A stretch of 64,000 nucleotides of DNA, from assembly GCF_044333485.1 (NCBI RefSeq), contig NZ_JBIRRA010000007.1, positions 235,730 through 299,729 on the forward strand, written 5' to 3'. Made by a program: the position numbers and the translations under genes. Below the pieces are notes generated by a model that was given only the letters and a program-made list of their open reading frames with translations, was not told where the DNA came from and did not search any database. The stretch is from Streptomyces sp. NPDC020983. Its GTDB lineage: Bacteria > Actinomycetota > Actinomycetes > Streptomycetales > Streptomycetaceae. Shown here piece by piece: positions 28,911 through 39,192 of this stretch; the stretch's first letter is position 1, and the number at the start of each line of letters is the position of its first letter.

Positions 28911-29710
28911 CACCACCCGCACCCGGCACGAGGGACCAGGGCGCGGTGATCGCCGGGATCACCGCGCTCGGGCCCTTCTTCTCCTTCACCACGCACCCGG
29001 AGCCGGCAGCGGGCCCGGCCGCCGGTACGGCGGCGTCGCCGGACCCCGCGGGATCCGGCGACGCCGGGTGGCAGGCCCTCGACGGGCCCGCGGTCGCCGC
29101 CCGCGCCGGAGCCGTCCGGGCGTGGCTGGCCGCGGCGGGCGGGCGGCCGCCCGAGGCCGTCGAGGCCCGCGTCGGCGCGTCCGTCGCGCACCTCGGCCTC
29201 GCCGCCCGCCTGGTGTCACCCGCCCTCGCCGCCGCCGTCCTGCACGGCACGCTCCTCGACCACCGGCTCGCCGCGGTCCGCTGGCGGCCCGTCCTCGGCG
29301 GCCCCGTGCCCCTCTCGCTGCCCGCCGCCGCGCTGCGCGGCCCTGCCCTGCCGCCCGGCGCGCTCGCCGACGCCTTCGCCGCCCGGCTGCACGACGGCCC
29401 CCTCGCCGAACTGGCCGCCCTCCACGTCCCCCTCGGCGTCTCCCGGCACATCCTGCTGGGCAACACCGCCTCCGCCGTCAACGGCGCCGCCGCCATGATC
29501 GCCGCCGCCCGCCCCCGTCTCGCCGCCGCCACCGCCGCCTTCGCCGCCGCGCTGCTGGACCGCGAGCCGCTGCGCGCGCAGCGCGACCGTACGGCCGCCG
29601 GCGCCTTCCGCCGCCGCAGCTGCTGCCTCATCTACCGCGCCGCCCCCGACCGCCGCGGCGCCCTGTGCGGCGACTGCGCCCTGCACACCACCACGGACCG
29701 CCGCCCATGA
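28907..29710 (+). CDS. FhuF-like (2Fe-2S)-binding protein
   Basis: C-terminal CC-x13-C-x2-C cluster (SCCLIYRAAPDRRGALCGDC) as in siderophore-reductase FhuF C-domains. ATGA-coupled to cbtA. Confidence 0.6.
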   Translation: MTPPAPGTRDQGAVIAGITALGPFFSFTTHPEPAAGPAAGTAASPDPAGSGDAGWQALDGPAVAARAGAVRAWLAAAGGRPPEAVEARVGASVAHLGLAARLVSPALAAAVLHGTLLDHRLAAVRWRPVLGGPVPLSLPAAALRGPALPPGALADAFAARLHDGPLAELAALHVPLGVSRHILLGNTASAVNGAAAMIAAARPRLAAATAAFAAALLDREPLRAQRDRTAAGAFRRRSCCLIYRAAPDRRGALCGDCALHTTTDRRP

Positions 29711-30531
29711 GACACGTCCACGTCATCGGCATCGGAGCCGGCGACCCCGCCCAGCTCACCCTCCAGGCCGTCGACGCCATCGGCCGCACCGACGTCTTCT
29801 TCCTGATCGACAAGGGCGACGCCAAGGCCGATCTGACCGCCCTGCGCGAGCTGATCCTGCGGCGGCACGCGACCCGCCCGCACCGCGTCGTCACCGCCCG
29901 CGACCCCGAGCGCGACCGCACCGCGGCGACCCCCGGCTACGCACCCGCCGTCGACGACTGGCGCGCCCGCCGTGCCGCCCTCTACCGCCGGATGATCACC
30001 GAGGAGCTTCCCGACGGCGGCACCGGCGCCTTCCTGGTGTGGGGCGACCCCGCCCTCTACGACAGCACCCCCACGATCCTCGACGAGCTCCGCGCGGACG
30101 GCGGCCCCGCCTTCGAGTGGTCCGTCGTCCCCGGCGTCAGCAGCGTCGCCGCGCTGACCGCCCGGCACCGCGTGACCCTCAACCAGGTCGGCGGCGCCGT
30201 CCACATCACCACCGGCCGCCGTCTCGCCGAGCACGGGCTGCCGCCCGGCGCCGACGACGTCGTGGTGATGCTCGACGCCCGGCACGCCTTCACCGCCCTC
30301 GCCGGCCGGGGCCTGCACATCTACTGGGGCGCCTACCTCGGCACCCCCGACGAGATCCTGCTGTCCGGCCCCCTCGACACCGCGCTCGCCGCCCGGATCA
30401 CCGCCGTGCGCACCGAGGCCCGCGCCCGCAAGGGCTGGATCATGGACACCTACCTGCTCCGCAGGCCCCGCGGCGCGGCCCCCGGACCCCTGGACGCCCC
30501 CCGCCCCGGTGAGGACCGCGAGGCCACCTGA
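29707..30531 (+). CDS. cobF: Precorrin-6A synthase (deacetylating) CobF
   Basis: Tetrapyrrole-methylase fold (VIGIGAGDP ... GDPALYDS). ATGA-coupled. Confidence 0.85.
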   Translation: MRHVHVIGIGAGDPAQLTLQAVDAIGRTDVFFLIDKGDAKADLTALRELILRRHATRPHRVVTARDPERDRTAATPGYAPAVDDWRARRAALYRRMITEELPDGGTGAFLVWGDPALYDSTPTILDELRADGGPAFEWSVVPGVSSVAALTARHRVTLNQVGGAVHITTGRRLAEHGLPPGADDVVVMLDARHAFTALAGRGLHIYWGAYLGTPDEILLSGPLDTALAARITAVRTEARARKGWIMDTYLLRRPRGAAPGPLDAPRPGEDREAT

Positions 30532-31259
30532 TGCTGCGCGTCCTCCTCCTGGGCGGCACCGGCGAGGCCCGCGCGCTGGCGGACCTGCTCGCCGGGGACG
30601 CGGGTCTGGAGGTCACCACCTCGTTCGCCGGGCGCACCCCGCGGCCGCACCTGCCCGCCGGGCGCGTCAGGTCCGGCGGCTTCGGCGGCGCCGACGGCCT
30701 CGCGCAGTGGCTGCGCGAGCACCGCACCGGCGCCGTCGTCGACGCCACCCACCCCTTCGCCGCCCGGATCAGCGCGCACGCCGCCCGCGCGGCCCGCACC
30801 GCGGGCGTACCGCTGCTGGCGCTGCGCAGGCCCGGATGGACCGCGCAGCCGGGCGACCGGTGGCACTGGGCGGCCGACGCCGCCGAGGCCGCCGCGCTGC
30901 TGCCCGCCCTCGGCCGGCGCCCCTTCCTCACCACCGGGGCCGGTGAGCTGGCCGCCTTCGCCGCCCTGCCCCTGCGCTTCCTGGCCCGCACGCTCACGCC
31001 CCCGCCCCCGCCGCTCCCCGCACGCTGCCACCTGGTCACCGCCCGCGGGCCCTTCACCCTCGACACCGAGCGCGCCCTGCTGCGCGAGCACCGCATCGAC
31101 GTCCTCGTCACCAAGGACAGCGGCGGCCCCGCCCCCAAACTCACCGCCGCCCGCGAAGCAGCCGTCCCCGTCCTCCTCCTCCGCCGCCCCCCACCACCTC
31201 CCGGCGTCCCCACCGCCACCACGCCCGCCGCCGCCGCGCACTGGCTGCGCACCCGATGA
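30531..31259 (+). CDS. cobK: Precorrin-6A / cobalt-precorrin-6A reductase CobK
   Basis: N-terminal MLRVLLLGGTGEARALA typical of CobK/CbiJ. The start overlaps the cobF stop. Confidence 0.85.
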   Translation: MLRVLLLGGTGEARALADLLAGDAGLEVTTSFAGRTPRPHLPAGRVRSGGFGGADGLAQWLREHRTGAVVDATHPFAARISAHAARAARTAGVPLLALRRPGWTAQPGDRWHWAADAAEAAALLPALGRRPFLTTGAGELAAFAALPLRFLARTLTPPPPPLPARCHLVTARGPFTLDTERALLREHRIDVLVTKDSGGPAPKLTAAREAAVPVLLLRRPPPPPGVPTATTPAAAAHWLRTR

Positions 31260-31415
31260 CCCGCCGGCGCCCGGGCCCTGCGGGCCGGGCCGCCGCCCGG
31301 GGGCACTTCGTGGGGGCGCGGAGCGTGCGGCGGCTTCGTGAGGCCGGGGAGCCGGTCGCCCGGTACGGGGGCGCCGTCGCGCAGGGCGCGGCGTGGCGGC
31401 GTCCCCGGGAGGCGC

Positions 31416-32591
31416 TCAGTCGATGTCGACGCGGCCGGCCGCGGCGTCCGGGCCCTTGCCGCGCACCTGCACCTCGGTGGAGGGGCGGGGCGCGGCGGGC
31501 GCGGTGTCGGCGCGCAGGTTCTTGCGGACGGAGTCGAGGATCGTCAGGCCCTGGCCGACGAGGCCGGCGGCTATCTCGCCGAGGCCGTCGGCGCCGTTGA
31601 GGACGTTGACGTTGGCGCCCTGCAGGCCGGAGGCGGCCTCCTTGACGATCTGCGGCAGCTGGTCGATGATCATCCGCTCCAGGGCGACCCGGTCGTGCGA
31701 CGCGGCCGCCTCCGCCTGGATGCGCATCCGCTCGGCCTCGGCGACGGCCAGCACGCGGATCCGCTCGGCCTCCGCCTCCGCGGGTCTGACGATCTCGGCC
31801 ACCAGCTGCTGCTGGCGCAGCTCGGCGGCACGCAGCGCGAGTTCGGTCTGCGCGGCGATGACCTCCTGCTGGGCGTGCGCCTGCGCGAGCGGACCGGCCT
31901 GGGTCGCCTGCGCCTGGGCGCGGTCGACCTGGGCGTTGAACTCCGCCTGGACCACCGCGGTCTGCCGGGCGTACTCCGCCTGGTTGCGTGCCGCGGCCTG
32001 CTGCGCCTCGACGGTGGCCTGCGTGGCCTGCGCCTGGGCGATCTGCGCCTGCCGCTGGATCGCGGCCTTGTGCGGGGCGGCCATCGCCTCGATGTAACCG
32101 GTCTTGCCGTCGTCGATGGACTGGATCTGCAGCGAGTCCACGGTCAGGCCGATCTTGGCCATCTCGGTCTTGGACGTCTCCAGCACCTCGGTCGCGAGCT
32201 TCTGCCGCTCGGTGACGATCTCCTCGACCGTCATCGAGCCGATGATGGACCGCAGGTGGCCCGCGAAGATCCGGCCCGTGAGCACCGACATCTGGTCCTG
32301 GTCGGACAGGAAGCGCTGCCCCGCGTTGACGATGCTCTCGTGGTCGTTGCCGACCTTGAAGGCGATGACGGCCTTGACCGTCAGCGCGATGCCCTGGCGC
32401 GTCACGCAGGTCTCGCTGACCTCCGACTCGCACATCGCCAGCGTCAGGAACCGGGTCTTGCGGAAGACCGGCAGGACGAACTTGCCGTGCCCGGTGACGA
32501 CCCGGAAGGGCGCACCACCCAGCCCGCGGCGGCCCCCCGATATCAGCATCGCCTCGTCCGGGTCGGGAACGCGATAACCGAACATCTCCAC
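31416..32591 (-). CDS. SPFH/band-7 (flotillin-like) protein
   Basis: SPFH domain followed by Ala/Gln-rich coiled-coil repeats (AQAQATQATVEAQQAA...). Confidence 0.85.
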   Translation of the reverse strand: MEMFGYRVPDPDEAMLISGGRRGLGGAPFRVVTGHGKFVLPVFRKTRFLTLAMCESEVSETCVTRQGIALTVKAVIAFKVGNDHESIVNAGQRFLSDQDQMSVLTGRIFAGHLRSIIGSMTVEEIVTERQKLATEVLETSKTEMAKIGLTVDSLQIQSIDDGKTGYIEAMAAPHKAAIQRQAQIAQAQATQATVEAQQAAARNQAEYARQTAVVQAEFNAQVDRAQAQATQAGPLAQAHAQQEVIAAQTELALRAAELRQQQLVAEIVRPAEAEAERIRVLAVAEAERMRIQAEAAASHDRVALERMIIDQLPQIVKEAASGLQGANVNVLNGADGLGEIAAGLVGQGLTILDSVRKNLRADTAPAAPRPSTEVQVRGKGPDAAAGRVDID

Positions 32592-32612
32592 CTGCTCCTT
32601 CGTCTGCCCCGC

Positions 32613-32850
32613 TCAGCCCGCCGGGGCGTCCGGCGGGCCGTCCCACTCGATCACGTCGACCTGCCGGCTGCCGCGGGAGTCCACCACCAGCACCCGGCTG
32701 CCCCGCTCCAGCGGTGCGTCGGACCACGCGAGGAAGGTCTCGGTGCCTCCCCTGACACGTACCAGTACCTCGCCGGGCCCGGCGGTTCCCCGTGTGCTCA
32801 CGAGCAGTTCCCCGAGGCGGCCGATCACGGCCTCGTCCCTCACCACCACC
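32613..32850 (-). CDS. NfeD-like OB-fold protein (flotillin partner)
   Basis: A short beta-rich product directly upstream of the SPFH gene. GTG start after GAGGGGG. Only the C-terminal 79 aa of the 971-aa track ORF are plausible. Confidence 0.55.
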
Positions 32851-32975
32851 GGCAGCCCCCTCGCCGTCCGCGTCCCCCTGCGAGCCCCATCCTCCCACCA
32901 CGCACCGCCCGCGGACCCCCGGCGGTCCGGGATGTGCCAGGGTTGCGCTCGTACACGCAACGAGCGGGAGGCTGG

Positions 32976-34883
32976 ATGTTCCGGGGCTTCACCACGCCCT
33001 TGACGGGTCGGACCGAGCGGGACGAATCGGGCGTCTCGTCGCCATGGGCGTTCATCCGCACCGAGTCGGGCAGCGCCGCGGTGCTGCTCGCCGGGACGCT
33101 CGCGGCGCTGGCATGGGTGAACATCGCACCGGACGGCTACGCGTCCTTCTGGGAGACCCGGCTGTCGGTGCGGCTCGGCTCGCACGGCGTGGACCTCGAT
33201 CTGCGGGAGTGGGTCAACAGCGGCCTGATGACGCTGTTCTTCCTCGTCGTCGGCCTGGAGGCGCGCCGCGAGTTCGACATGGGCGAGCTGCGCGACCGCA
33301 GGCGCATCCCGCTGCCGCTGCTGTGCGGCCTGTGCGGCATGGCGGTCCCGGTCGCGATCTACCTGGGTGTCAACGCCGGCCGGTCCTCGGCGCACGGCTG
33401 GGGCGCGGCCATGTCGACCGACACCGCCTTCGCGCTGGGCATGCTGGCCCTGCTGGGATCGCGGTTCCCGCGCAGGCTGCACACCTTCATCCTCACGGTG
33501 GCCGTCGTCGACGACTTCCTCGCGCTCGCGGTGATCGCCGTCGCCTACAGCGAGAAGGTGGCGTGGACACCCCTGCTGATCGGGGCGGGTGTGCTCGTCG
33601 TGGCGGGCGTGGTCCGCCGTACGGGCGCGCGCCGCGGCGGGGTGTACGCGGTGCTCGGCGTGGTGGCGTGGGGGGCGTTCGTCCACTCCGGGGTGGACCC
33701 GGTCGTCGTCGGCCTGCTCCTGGGCCTGATGTCCTACGCCTACCCGGCCCCGCGCGACGCGCTGGAGCGCGCCAGTGGCCTCTTCCGGTCCTTCCGCGAG
33801 CAGCCCACCGCCGAGCTGGAGCGGGAGGCGCGGCAGGGCATCGCGCTCGCCCTGTCGCCCAACGACCGCCTGCAGCGCCTCTACCACCCGTGGAGCAGCT
33901 ACGCGATCGTGCCGCTCTTCGCGCTGGCCAACGCGGGTATCGAGATCAACGGCTCGGTGCTGTCCAGCGCCTTCGCCTCGCCGGTCACGTGGGGCATCCT
34001 GCTCGGCTACGGCCTGGGCAAGCCGGTCGGCATCGCCGGCGCGTCCTTCGCCGCCGAGCGGCTCAGCCGCGGCCGGATGAAACCGCCGGTGGGCTGGGCG
34101 GCCGTCGCGGGCGGCGGCACGATCGCCGGCATCGGCTTCACCGTCTCGCTGCTCATCGCGACCCTCGCCTTCGACGGCCGGCAGCTGGAGCAGGCCAAGA
34201 TCGGGGTGCTCAGCGCCGTGGTCTTCGCGATGCTGTCGACGTCCCTGGTGGCGCTGGTCACCGCGCGGCTGCCGAAGGCGCGGCGGGCGAAGGCGCTGCT
34301 GGGCACCGCCGAGTCGGTCGTCGACCTGGCCGAGCCCGTCGACCCCGGGCGGGACCACGTCCGCGGGCCCGTCGACGCGCCCGTGACGGTCGTGGAGTAC
34401 GGCGACTTCGAGTGCCCCTTCTGCGGCCAGGCCGAGCAGGTGGTGCGCGAGCTGCTGGCCGACTTCGGCGACGTGCGCTACGTCTGGCGCCACCTGCCGC
34501 TGCCCGACGTCCACCCGCACGCCCAGCTCGCGGCGGAGGCGGCCGAGGCCGCCGCGCTCCAGGGCGCCTTCTGGGAGATGCGGGACCTGCTGATCACCCA
34601 CCAGGAGGAGCTGGGCGTCAAGGACCTGCTGCGGCACGCCCAGAACCTCGGCCTGGACGTGGACGCCTTCCGCGAGGCGCTGCGCGGGCGCAAGGGCGCG
34701 GCGCGCGTGGAGGTCGACGTGGAGTCGGCGGATCTGAGCGGGGTGGCCGGCACGCCGACCTTCTTCGTCAACGGGCGGCGCCACCACGGGGCGTACGACA
34801 TCCAGAGCCTGTCGGCAGCCGTGATCGCGGCCCGGGACCGCGCCGTCCTCATCGACGGTGCGTGGCCCGGGTCGGACGGCTGA
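32976..34883 (+). CDS. nhaA: Na+/H+ antiporter NhaA fused to a C-terminal DsbA-like thioredoxin domain
   Basis: NhaA TM core with a C-terminal CPFC thioredoxin motif (EYGDFECPFCGQAE). Confidence 0.85.
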   Translation: MFRGFTTPLTGRTERDESGVSSPWAFIRTESGSAAVLLAGTLAALAWVNIAPDGYASFWETRLSVRLGSHGVDLDLREWVNSGLMTLFFLVVGLEARREFDMGELRDRRRIPLPLLCGLCGMAVPVAIYLGVNAGRSSAHGWGAAMSTDTAFALGMLALLGSRFPRRLHTFILTVAVVDDFLALAVIAVAYSEKVAWTPLLIGAGVLVVAGVVRRTGARRGGVYAVLGVVAWGAFVHSGVDPVVVGLLLGLMSYAYPAPRDALERASGLFRSFREQPTAELEREARQGIALALSPNDRLQRLYHPWSSYAIVPLFALANAGIEINGSVLSSAFASPVTWGILLGYGLGKPVGIAGASFAAERLSRGRMKPPVGWAAVAGGGTIAGIGFTVSLLIATLAFDGRQLEQAKIGVLSAVVFAMLSTSLVALVTARLPKARRAKALLGTAESVVDLAEPVDPGRDHVRGPVDAPVTVVEYGDFECPFCGQAEQVVRELLADFGDVRYVWRHLPLPDVHPHAQLAAEAAEAAALQGAFWEMRDLLITHQEELGVKDLLRHAQNLGLDVDAFREALRGRKGAARVEVDVESADLSGVAGTPTFFVNGRRHHGAYDIQSLSAAVIAARDRAVLIDGAWPGSDG

Positions 34884-34914
34884 GACAGCCGCGGGGGAGG
34901 CGGTGGAGCGGGCC

Positions 34915-35145
34915 TCAGCGCGGTACGGGGTGGACGGCCAGTGGCATGTCCAGGGACTGGTGGCCGCCGCTGGCGACCATGCGGACCTCGCCGTCCGCGC
35001 TGATCTCGGCGCGGACGATACCGGTCTCGTCCTGGTAGATGGGGTAGCCGCCGGCGCCTGACCGGTCGGTGCGGTGCACCAGCACCGCGTCGTCCTCCAC
35101 CGCCGCGGCGTGGAAGACCAGCTCGTAGGTCTCCGGATAGTCCAT
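34915..35145 (-). CDS. Hypothetical small protein (76 aa)
   Basis: ATG at 35143-35145 with GGAGG 7 nt upstream. Confidence 0.45.
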   Translation of the reverse strand: MDYPETYELVFHAAAVEDDAVLVHRTDRSGAGGYPIYQDETGIVRAEISADGEVRMVASGGHQSLDMPLAVHPVPR

Positions 35146-35521
35146 GGCACTACCTCCGGGCATGGGCCTGCCGGTCCTTTCCATCCTCTCTCGTCCGGGG
35201 CGTTCCCGCGCGCCGGGGCCCCGGACCGGCCGGCCGGGACGCCCGGGCCGCGCTCCCGCGCCGCCGCCCCGGGGCGGCGCTGCCGGCCGTCGAGATCGGC
35301 GTGCGCACCGGGGAGCGGGGCGGCGCGGGGCTGCCGGAGGTCACCGCCGGCTGAGGCGGCCCGCCCGTGCACCCCGGCGCGAAGTGGCGAGTCCCGGGCG
35401 CCGGTCGCACAGTGGAACGAGAGGGCCGAAGCGCCGGTACGCGCCCGTAGGCCCGCCCGCCGGGCCCCGCCCGGGCACGGCCCCGGCGGTCCGCCGCCGC
35501 TTCCCACGTAAGGGGTTTTCC

Positions 35522-35950
35522 ATGGCAACCGACAACGCTTCCCGGTCCGTCTCCAGCCACCGCAGCGACGTCGGCGGCAAGACGACCATCGCCGACTCCG
35601 TGGTGGCCGTCATCGCCGGGATCGCCGCCCGCGAGGTCGACGGGGTCCACACGATGGGCGGCGGCGCATCCCGCGCGATGGGCGCCGTACGCGACACGAT
35701 GTCGCGCTCCACGGACTTCACCCGCGGCGTCAAGGTCGAGGTCGGCGAGAAGCAGGCCGCGGTGGACCTGGACGTCGTGGTCCTGTACGGCACGGAGATC
35801 GCCGACGCCGCCGGGCAGATACGCTCCCACGTCGCCAACGCCGTCGAGCGTATGACCGGCCTGGAGGTCGTCGAGATCAACATCAGCGTCCGCGACGTCT
35901 ACGTCCCCGGCGAGGAGTCGGACGAGGAGTCCGAGTCGCGCGTGCGCTGA
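35522..35950 (+). CDS. Asp23/Gls24-family envelope stress protein
   Basis: Conserved Asp23 core (TTIADSVVAVIAGIAAREVDGVH) and an acidic tail. Confidence 0.8.
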   Translation: MATDNASRSVSSHRSDVGGKTTIADSVVAVIAGIAAREVDGVHTMGGGASRAMGAVRDTMSRSTDFTRGVKVEVGEKQAAVDLDVVVLYGTEIADAAGQIRSHVANAVERMTGLEVVEINISVRDVYVPGEESDEESESRVR

Positions 35951-36007
35951 CCCGCTCCGCACGCCCCTCCCGGGCCCGGCCGCCGCGCGCGGCCGGGCCC
36001 GGTCGCG

Positions 36008-36622
36008 TCAGCTCCCGGCCAGCGCCGCCGCGAGAGCGGCCCGGATCGGCACGAGGTCCACGTCGGCCGCGATCGTCGCCGGCTCGGGCCGCTCGGTGGC
36101 CATCGGCTCCATGCCGAACAGGCCGCGCAGGAAGCGCGGGTGGACCGCCCGCGCGACGACGTCGTAGGTGACCCGGTCGGCGTCCGCCGGCCCGAGCCCG
36201 AAGCGGTCGCCGAGAAAGCCGGCCAGCCGCTCGTGCATCGAGCCGAAGACCGCCTCGTGGTAGCGGGCGGACGCCTCGGGCAGCCGCTCGGCCTCCGCGA
36301 TGCCCATCCGGCACATGCGCAGGGTGGGTTCCCACAGCAGTGTCTGGAGGAAGCGCCCGCAGTACAGGGCCGCGGCCTCCTCGGCGTCCTCGGCGTAGTC
36401 GCCGGGCGTTCCCAGCCGGTCGAGGTAGAGCTTCCGCACCAGCTCGACGACGGCGAGGAAGAGCTTGTCCTTGCTCTCGAAGTGGGCGTAGAGCGTGCGC
36501 TTGGACGTCTCGGCGCGGGCGGCCAGCTGGTCCATCGAGGTGCGTTCGAAGCCCGTTTCCAGGAAGACGTTCTTGGCCGTGAACAGGATGTGGTCCCGCA
36601 GTTCGTCGCCGCGCCTTGCCAT
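36008..36622 (-). CDS. TetR/AcrR family transcriptional regulator
   Basis: HTH segment SMDQLAARAETSKRTLYAHFESKDKLF. Confidence 0.85.
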   Translation of the reverse strand: MARRGDELRDHILFTAKNVFLETGFERTSMDQLAARAETSKRTLYAHFESKDKLFLAVVELVRKLYLDRLGTPGDYAEDAEEAAALYCGRFLQTLLWEPTLRMCRMGIAEAERLPEASARYHEAVFGSMHERLAGFLGDRFGLGPADADRVTYDVVARAVHPRFLRGLFGMEPMATERPEPATIAADVDLVPIRAALAAALAGS

Positions 36623-36640
36623 GCGCCCTCCTGTGCAGCA

Positions 36641-36667
36641 AAGTAAACGGTACGGTAGAGTTTACTT
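36641..36667. promoter_or_regulatory. Inverted repeat AAGTAAAC-N11-GTTTACTT, candidate TetR operator
   Basis: Lies between the divergent TetR (36008-36622) and NmrA-like (36691-) genes. AT-rich relative to surroundings. Confidence 0.5.
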
Positions 36668-36690
36668 GAGTCGAGGTCGAGGAGTCCGAC

Positions 36691-37572
36691 ATGATCGTCG
36701 TCACCACACCCACCGGAAGTATCGGCCACCAGGCCCTTGAGCACGTCATCCGGGCAGGCGCCCCGGTCCGGGTCGTCGCCCGCGACCCCTCCCGGCTGCC
36801 CGCCGAGGTCCACGAGCACGCCGAGGTCGTCAAGGGGGCCACGAACGACCCCGCGGCCCTGTCCGAGGCGCTCACCGGCGCCGACACCGTGCTGTGGGTG
36901 ATGCCGCCCGACCCGCGGGCCGCCAGCATCCACGCCCACGTCATGGACTTCACCCGCCCGCTGTGCGACGCAATCGCCGCGCAGGGAGTGCGCCGTGTCG
37001 TCGCCGTGTCCAGCCTGGGCCGCACGGTCGCCCGCAACGCCGGGCAGATCTCCGCGGTCTTCGCGATGGACAGCCTCATCGAGTCCACCGGCGTGCACTA
37101 CCGCTCGCTGGCCATGCCCGGCTTCATGGAGAACACCCTCCGGCAGCTCGAACCGATCAGGAGCCAGGGCCTGTTCTTCGGCACCCTGCCCCCGGGCCGC
37201 AGCGCGCCGACCGTCGCCACCCGCGACATCGCCGCCGTCGCCGCCCGGCTGCTGCTCGACCCGGAGTGGACGGGCCAGGAGAGCGTCGCGGTGCCCGGGC
37301 CCGAGGACCTGTCGTCCGACGACATGGCGCGCATCATGACCGAGGAACTCGGCCGCCCGGTCGCCTACCGGCAGATCAGCGACGAGGACCTGGTCGCCTC
37401 GATGACGGCGCACGGCATGACCCGCGCCTGGGCGCAGGGCATCGCCGACATGTCCGCCGCCGTCGACGCGGGCCTCTACGACGCCGAGCCCTACCCCGAC
37501 CGGGCCACCACCACCCCCACGACCTTCCGCCAGTGGTGCCGCGACGTGCTGCGGCCCGCGCTGGGGGCCTGA
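36691..37572 (+). CDS. NmrA-family NAD(P)H-binding protein
   Basis: N-terminal Rossmann fold (MIVVTTPTGSIGHQALEHVI). RBS GAGGAG. Confidence 0.8.
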   Translation: MIVVTTPTGSIGHQALEHVIRAGAPVRVVARDPSRLPAEVHEHAEVVKGATNDPAALSEALTGADTVLWVMPPDPRAASIHAHVMDFTRPLCDAIAAQGVRRVVAVSSLGRTVARNAGQISAVFAMDSLIESTGVHYRSLAMPGFMENTLRQLEPIRSQGLFFGTLPPGRSAPTVATRDIAAVAARLLLDPEWTGQESVAVPGPEDLSSDDMARIMTEELGRPVAYRQISDEDLVASMTAHGMTRAWAQGIADMSAAVDAGLYDAEPYPDRATTTPTTFRQWCRDVLRPALGA

Positions 37573-37689
37573 GGCCGCCCGCCCGGCCCGCCCCGCCGCC
37601 GCCCGTACGGCCCCACCTGGGACGACGGGCGGCGGCGCGGGCCGAAAACCGGTCGAGGACGGCCCCGGGCGGCAGGTAGCGTCGGCGGG

Positions 37690-38205
37690 ATGGACCCCCT
37701 GACCGACGCCGAACTGCGTGCCTCCTTCGTCAACTGCACCAAGGGCGAGGCCGGCCGCATCAGCCTGCCGCGGGATCTGCCCGCCCTGCCGTGGGCGGAT
37801 CTGGACTTCCTGGGGTGGCGGGATCCGGGTGCCCCCGACCGCGCGTACCTGGTGGCCCCCGCCGGCGCCCCCGGCGGCAGGGCGGTGGGCCTCACCCTGC
37901 GGGCCGCTCCCGGCGCCCGGCGCAACCTGATGCGCAGCAGCCTGTGCGGCCTGTGCCTGACCGGTCACTCCGGCGGCGGTGTCGACCTTCTCGCCGCCCC
38001 CCTCGCGGGCCCCGCCGGGCGGCAGGGCAACACCGTCGCCCTCTACATGTGCGCCGATCTTGCGTGCTCCCTCTACATCCGCGGCAGGAAGACCTCGGTT
38101 CTGGTCCGGCGCATGGAGGAGACCCTGACGCTGGAGGAGCAGATCGACCGCACCCGCCGCAATCTCGACGCCTTCTTGGCGAAGGTCACCTCGCGGGCGG
38201 CGTGA
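37690..38205 (+). CDS. FBP-domain (FusB/elongation-factor-G-binding-like) protein
   Basis: C-terminal Cys cluster CGLCLTGHSGGG...CADLAC consistent with the FBP C-terminal treble-clef domain. Confidence 0.6.
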   Translation: MDPLTDAELRASFVNCTKGEAGRISLPRDLPALPWADLDFLGWRDPGAPDRAYLVAPAGAPGGRAVGLTLRAAPGARRNLMRSSLCGLCLTGHSGGGVDLLAAPLAGPAGRQGNTVALYMCADLACSLYIRGRKTSVLVRRMEETLTLEEQIDRTRRNLDAFLAKVTSRAA

Positions 38206-38510
38206 CCGCCGTGCGGGACCTCGGGGCGCGTTGACCTGCGGCGTCAGCGCCGCGATCGCGTGCTCCCCGGTTCGGGTGGATGCCGGGCCAGGACGTGTGC
38301 GTACGGCGTCCCCGCGGTCCGGCGCCGGGTAGGTTCCCGCCGGGGGAGCACGCGGGGCTCGCGGTGGAGAGTGACTTCGACCAGCCCCATCCATCCGGCC
38401 GGCGTGCTCCCCCGTCCGCGTGCCGTGCCGCGCGGACGGCTCCGCCCGTGCCCAGGGCGGCGCGTCCGCGTCCCCGCGGGCGGTGCCGGACCCCCGCCGG
38501 GCCCGCCGGC

Positions 38511-39012
38511 TCACCGCCCGAGGGACACCGGTGTCTCCGGGAGGCCGTCCTCCTCCAGCCGCGCGAGCAGGCGGCCCAGGTCCCTGGGGGAGAACACGTC
38601 GCTGCCGCGGTAGCCGCGGATGTCGTCGGGGCGCCACCACCGCAGTCCGGTGACGTTCTCCGCGGCGAGCTGCTCGTCGGTCAGCGCGCCGCCTGGGTCG
38701 AAGCGCGGGGTGCGGACGAGGAAGTAGTCGTTGACCACGCCGTCGTACCCCGGCGCGTGCGCGGGGTCCACGACCACCTGGTGCCAGACGTGCGGCGGCT
38801 CGCCCTCCAGTGCGAGCCCCACCTCCTCGTGCAGCTCCCGGCGCAGCGCGGCGAGGGCCGTCTCCCCGCGCTCGACGCCCCCGCCGGGGGCGGCCCACAC
38901 CACGAGCGTCCCGTCCGCCCGTGCGAAGGCGAAGCGGCACAGCAGGATCCGCCCGCCCTCGTCGTCGAGGACGAGGGCGCGGACGGAGTGACGCAGCTTC
39001 GGCGGCGGCATC
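38511..39012 (-). CDS. NUDIX hydrolase
   Basis: Nudix box GGGVERGETALAALRRELHEEVG. ATG at 39010-39012. Confidence 0.8.
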
Positions 39013-39192
39013 CGGACACGGTACCGGGCCGGGAGAACCGGCAGGGAGGCCCTGCGCCCTCCGCCGCCGCGGCCTCCTGCCGTGCCGCGTCGCCGCAGGA
39101 CAGACCCCCTCCCGCACGGGGACACCCGCACCGGCTCCGGCATGATGGGGGGAGGGCCGGGCCCGCGGGCCGCCGAACAGGAGGTACCAGGG

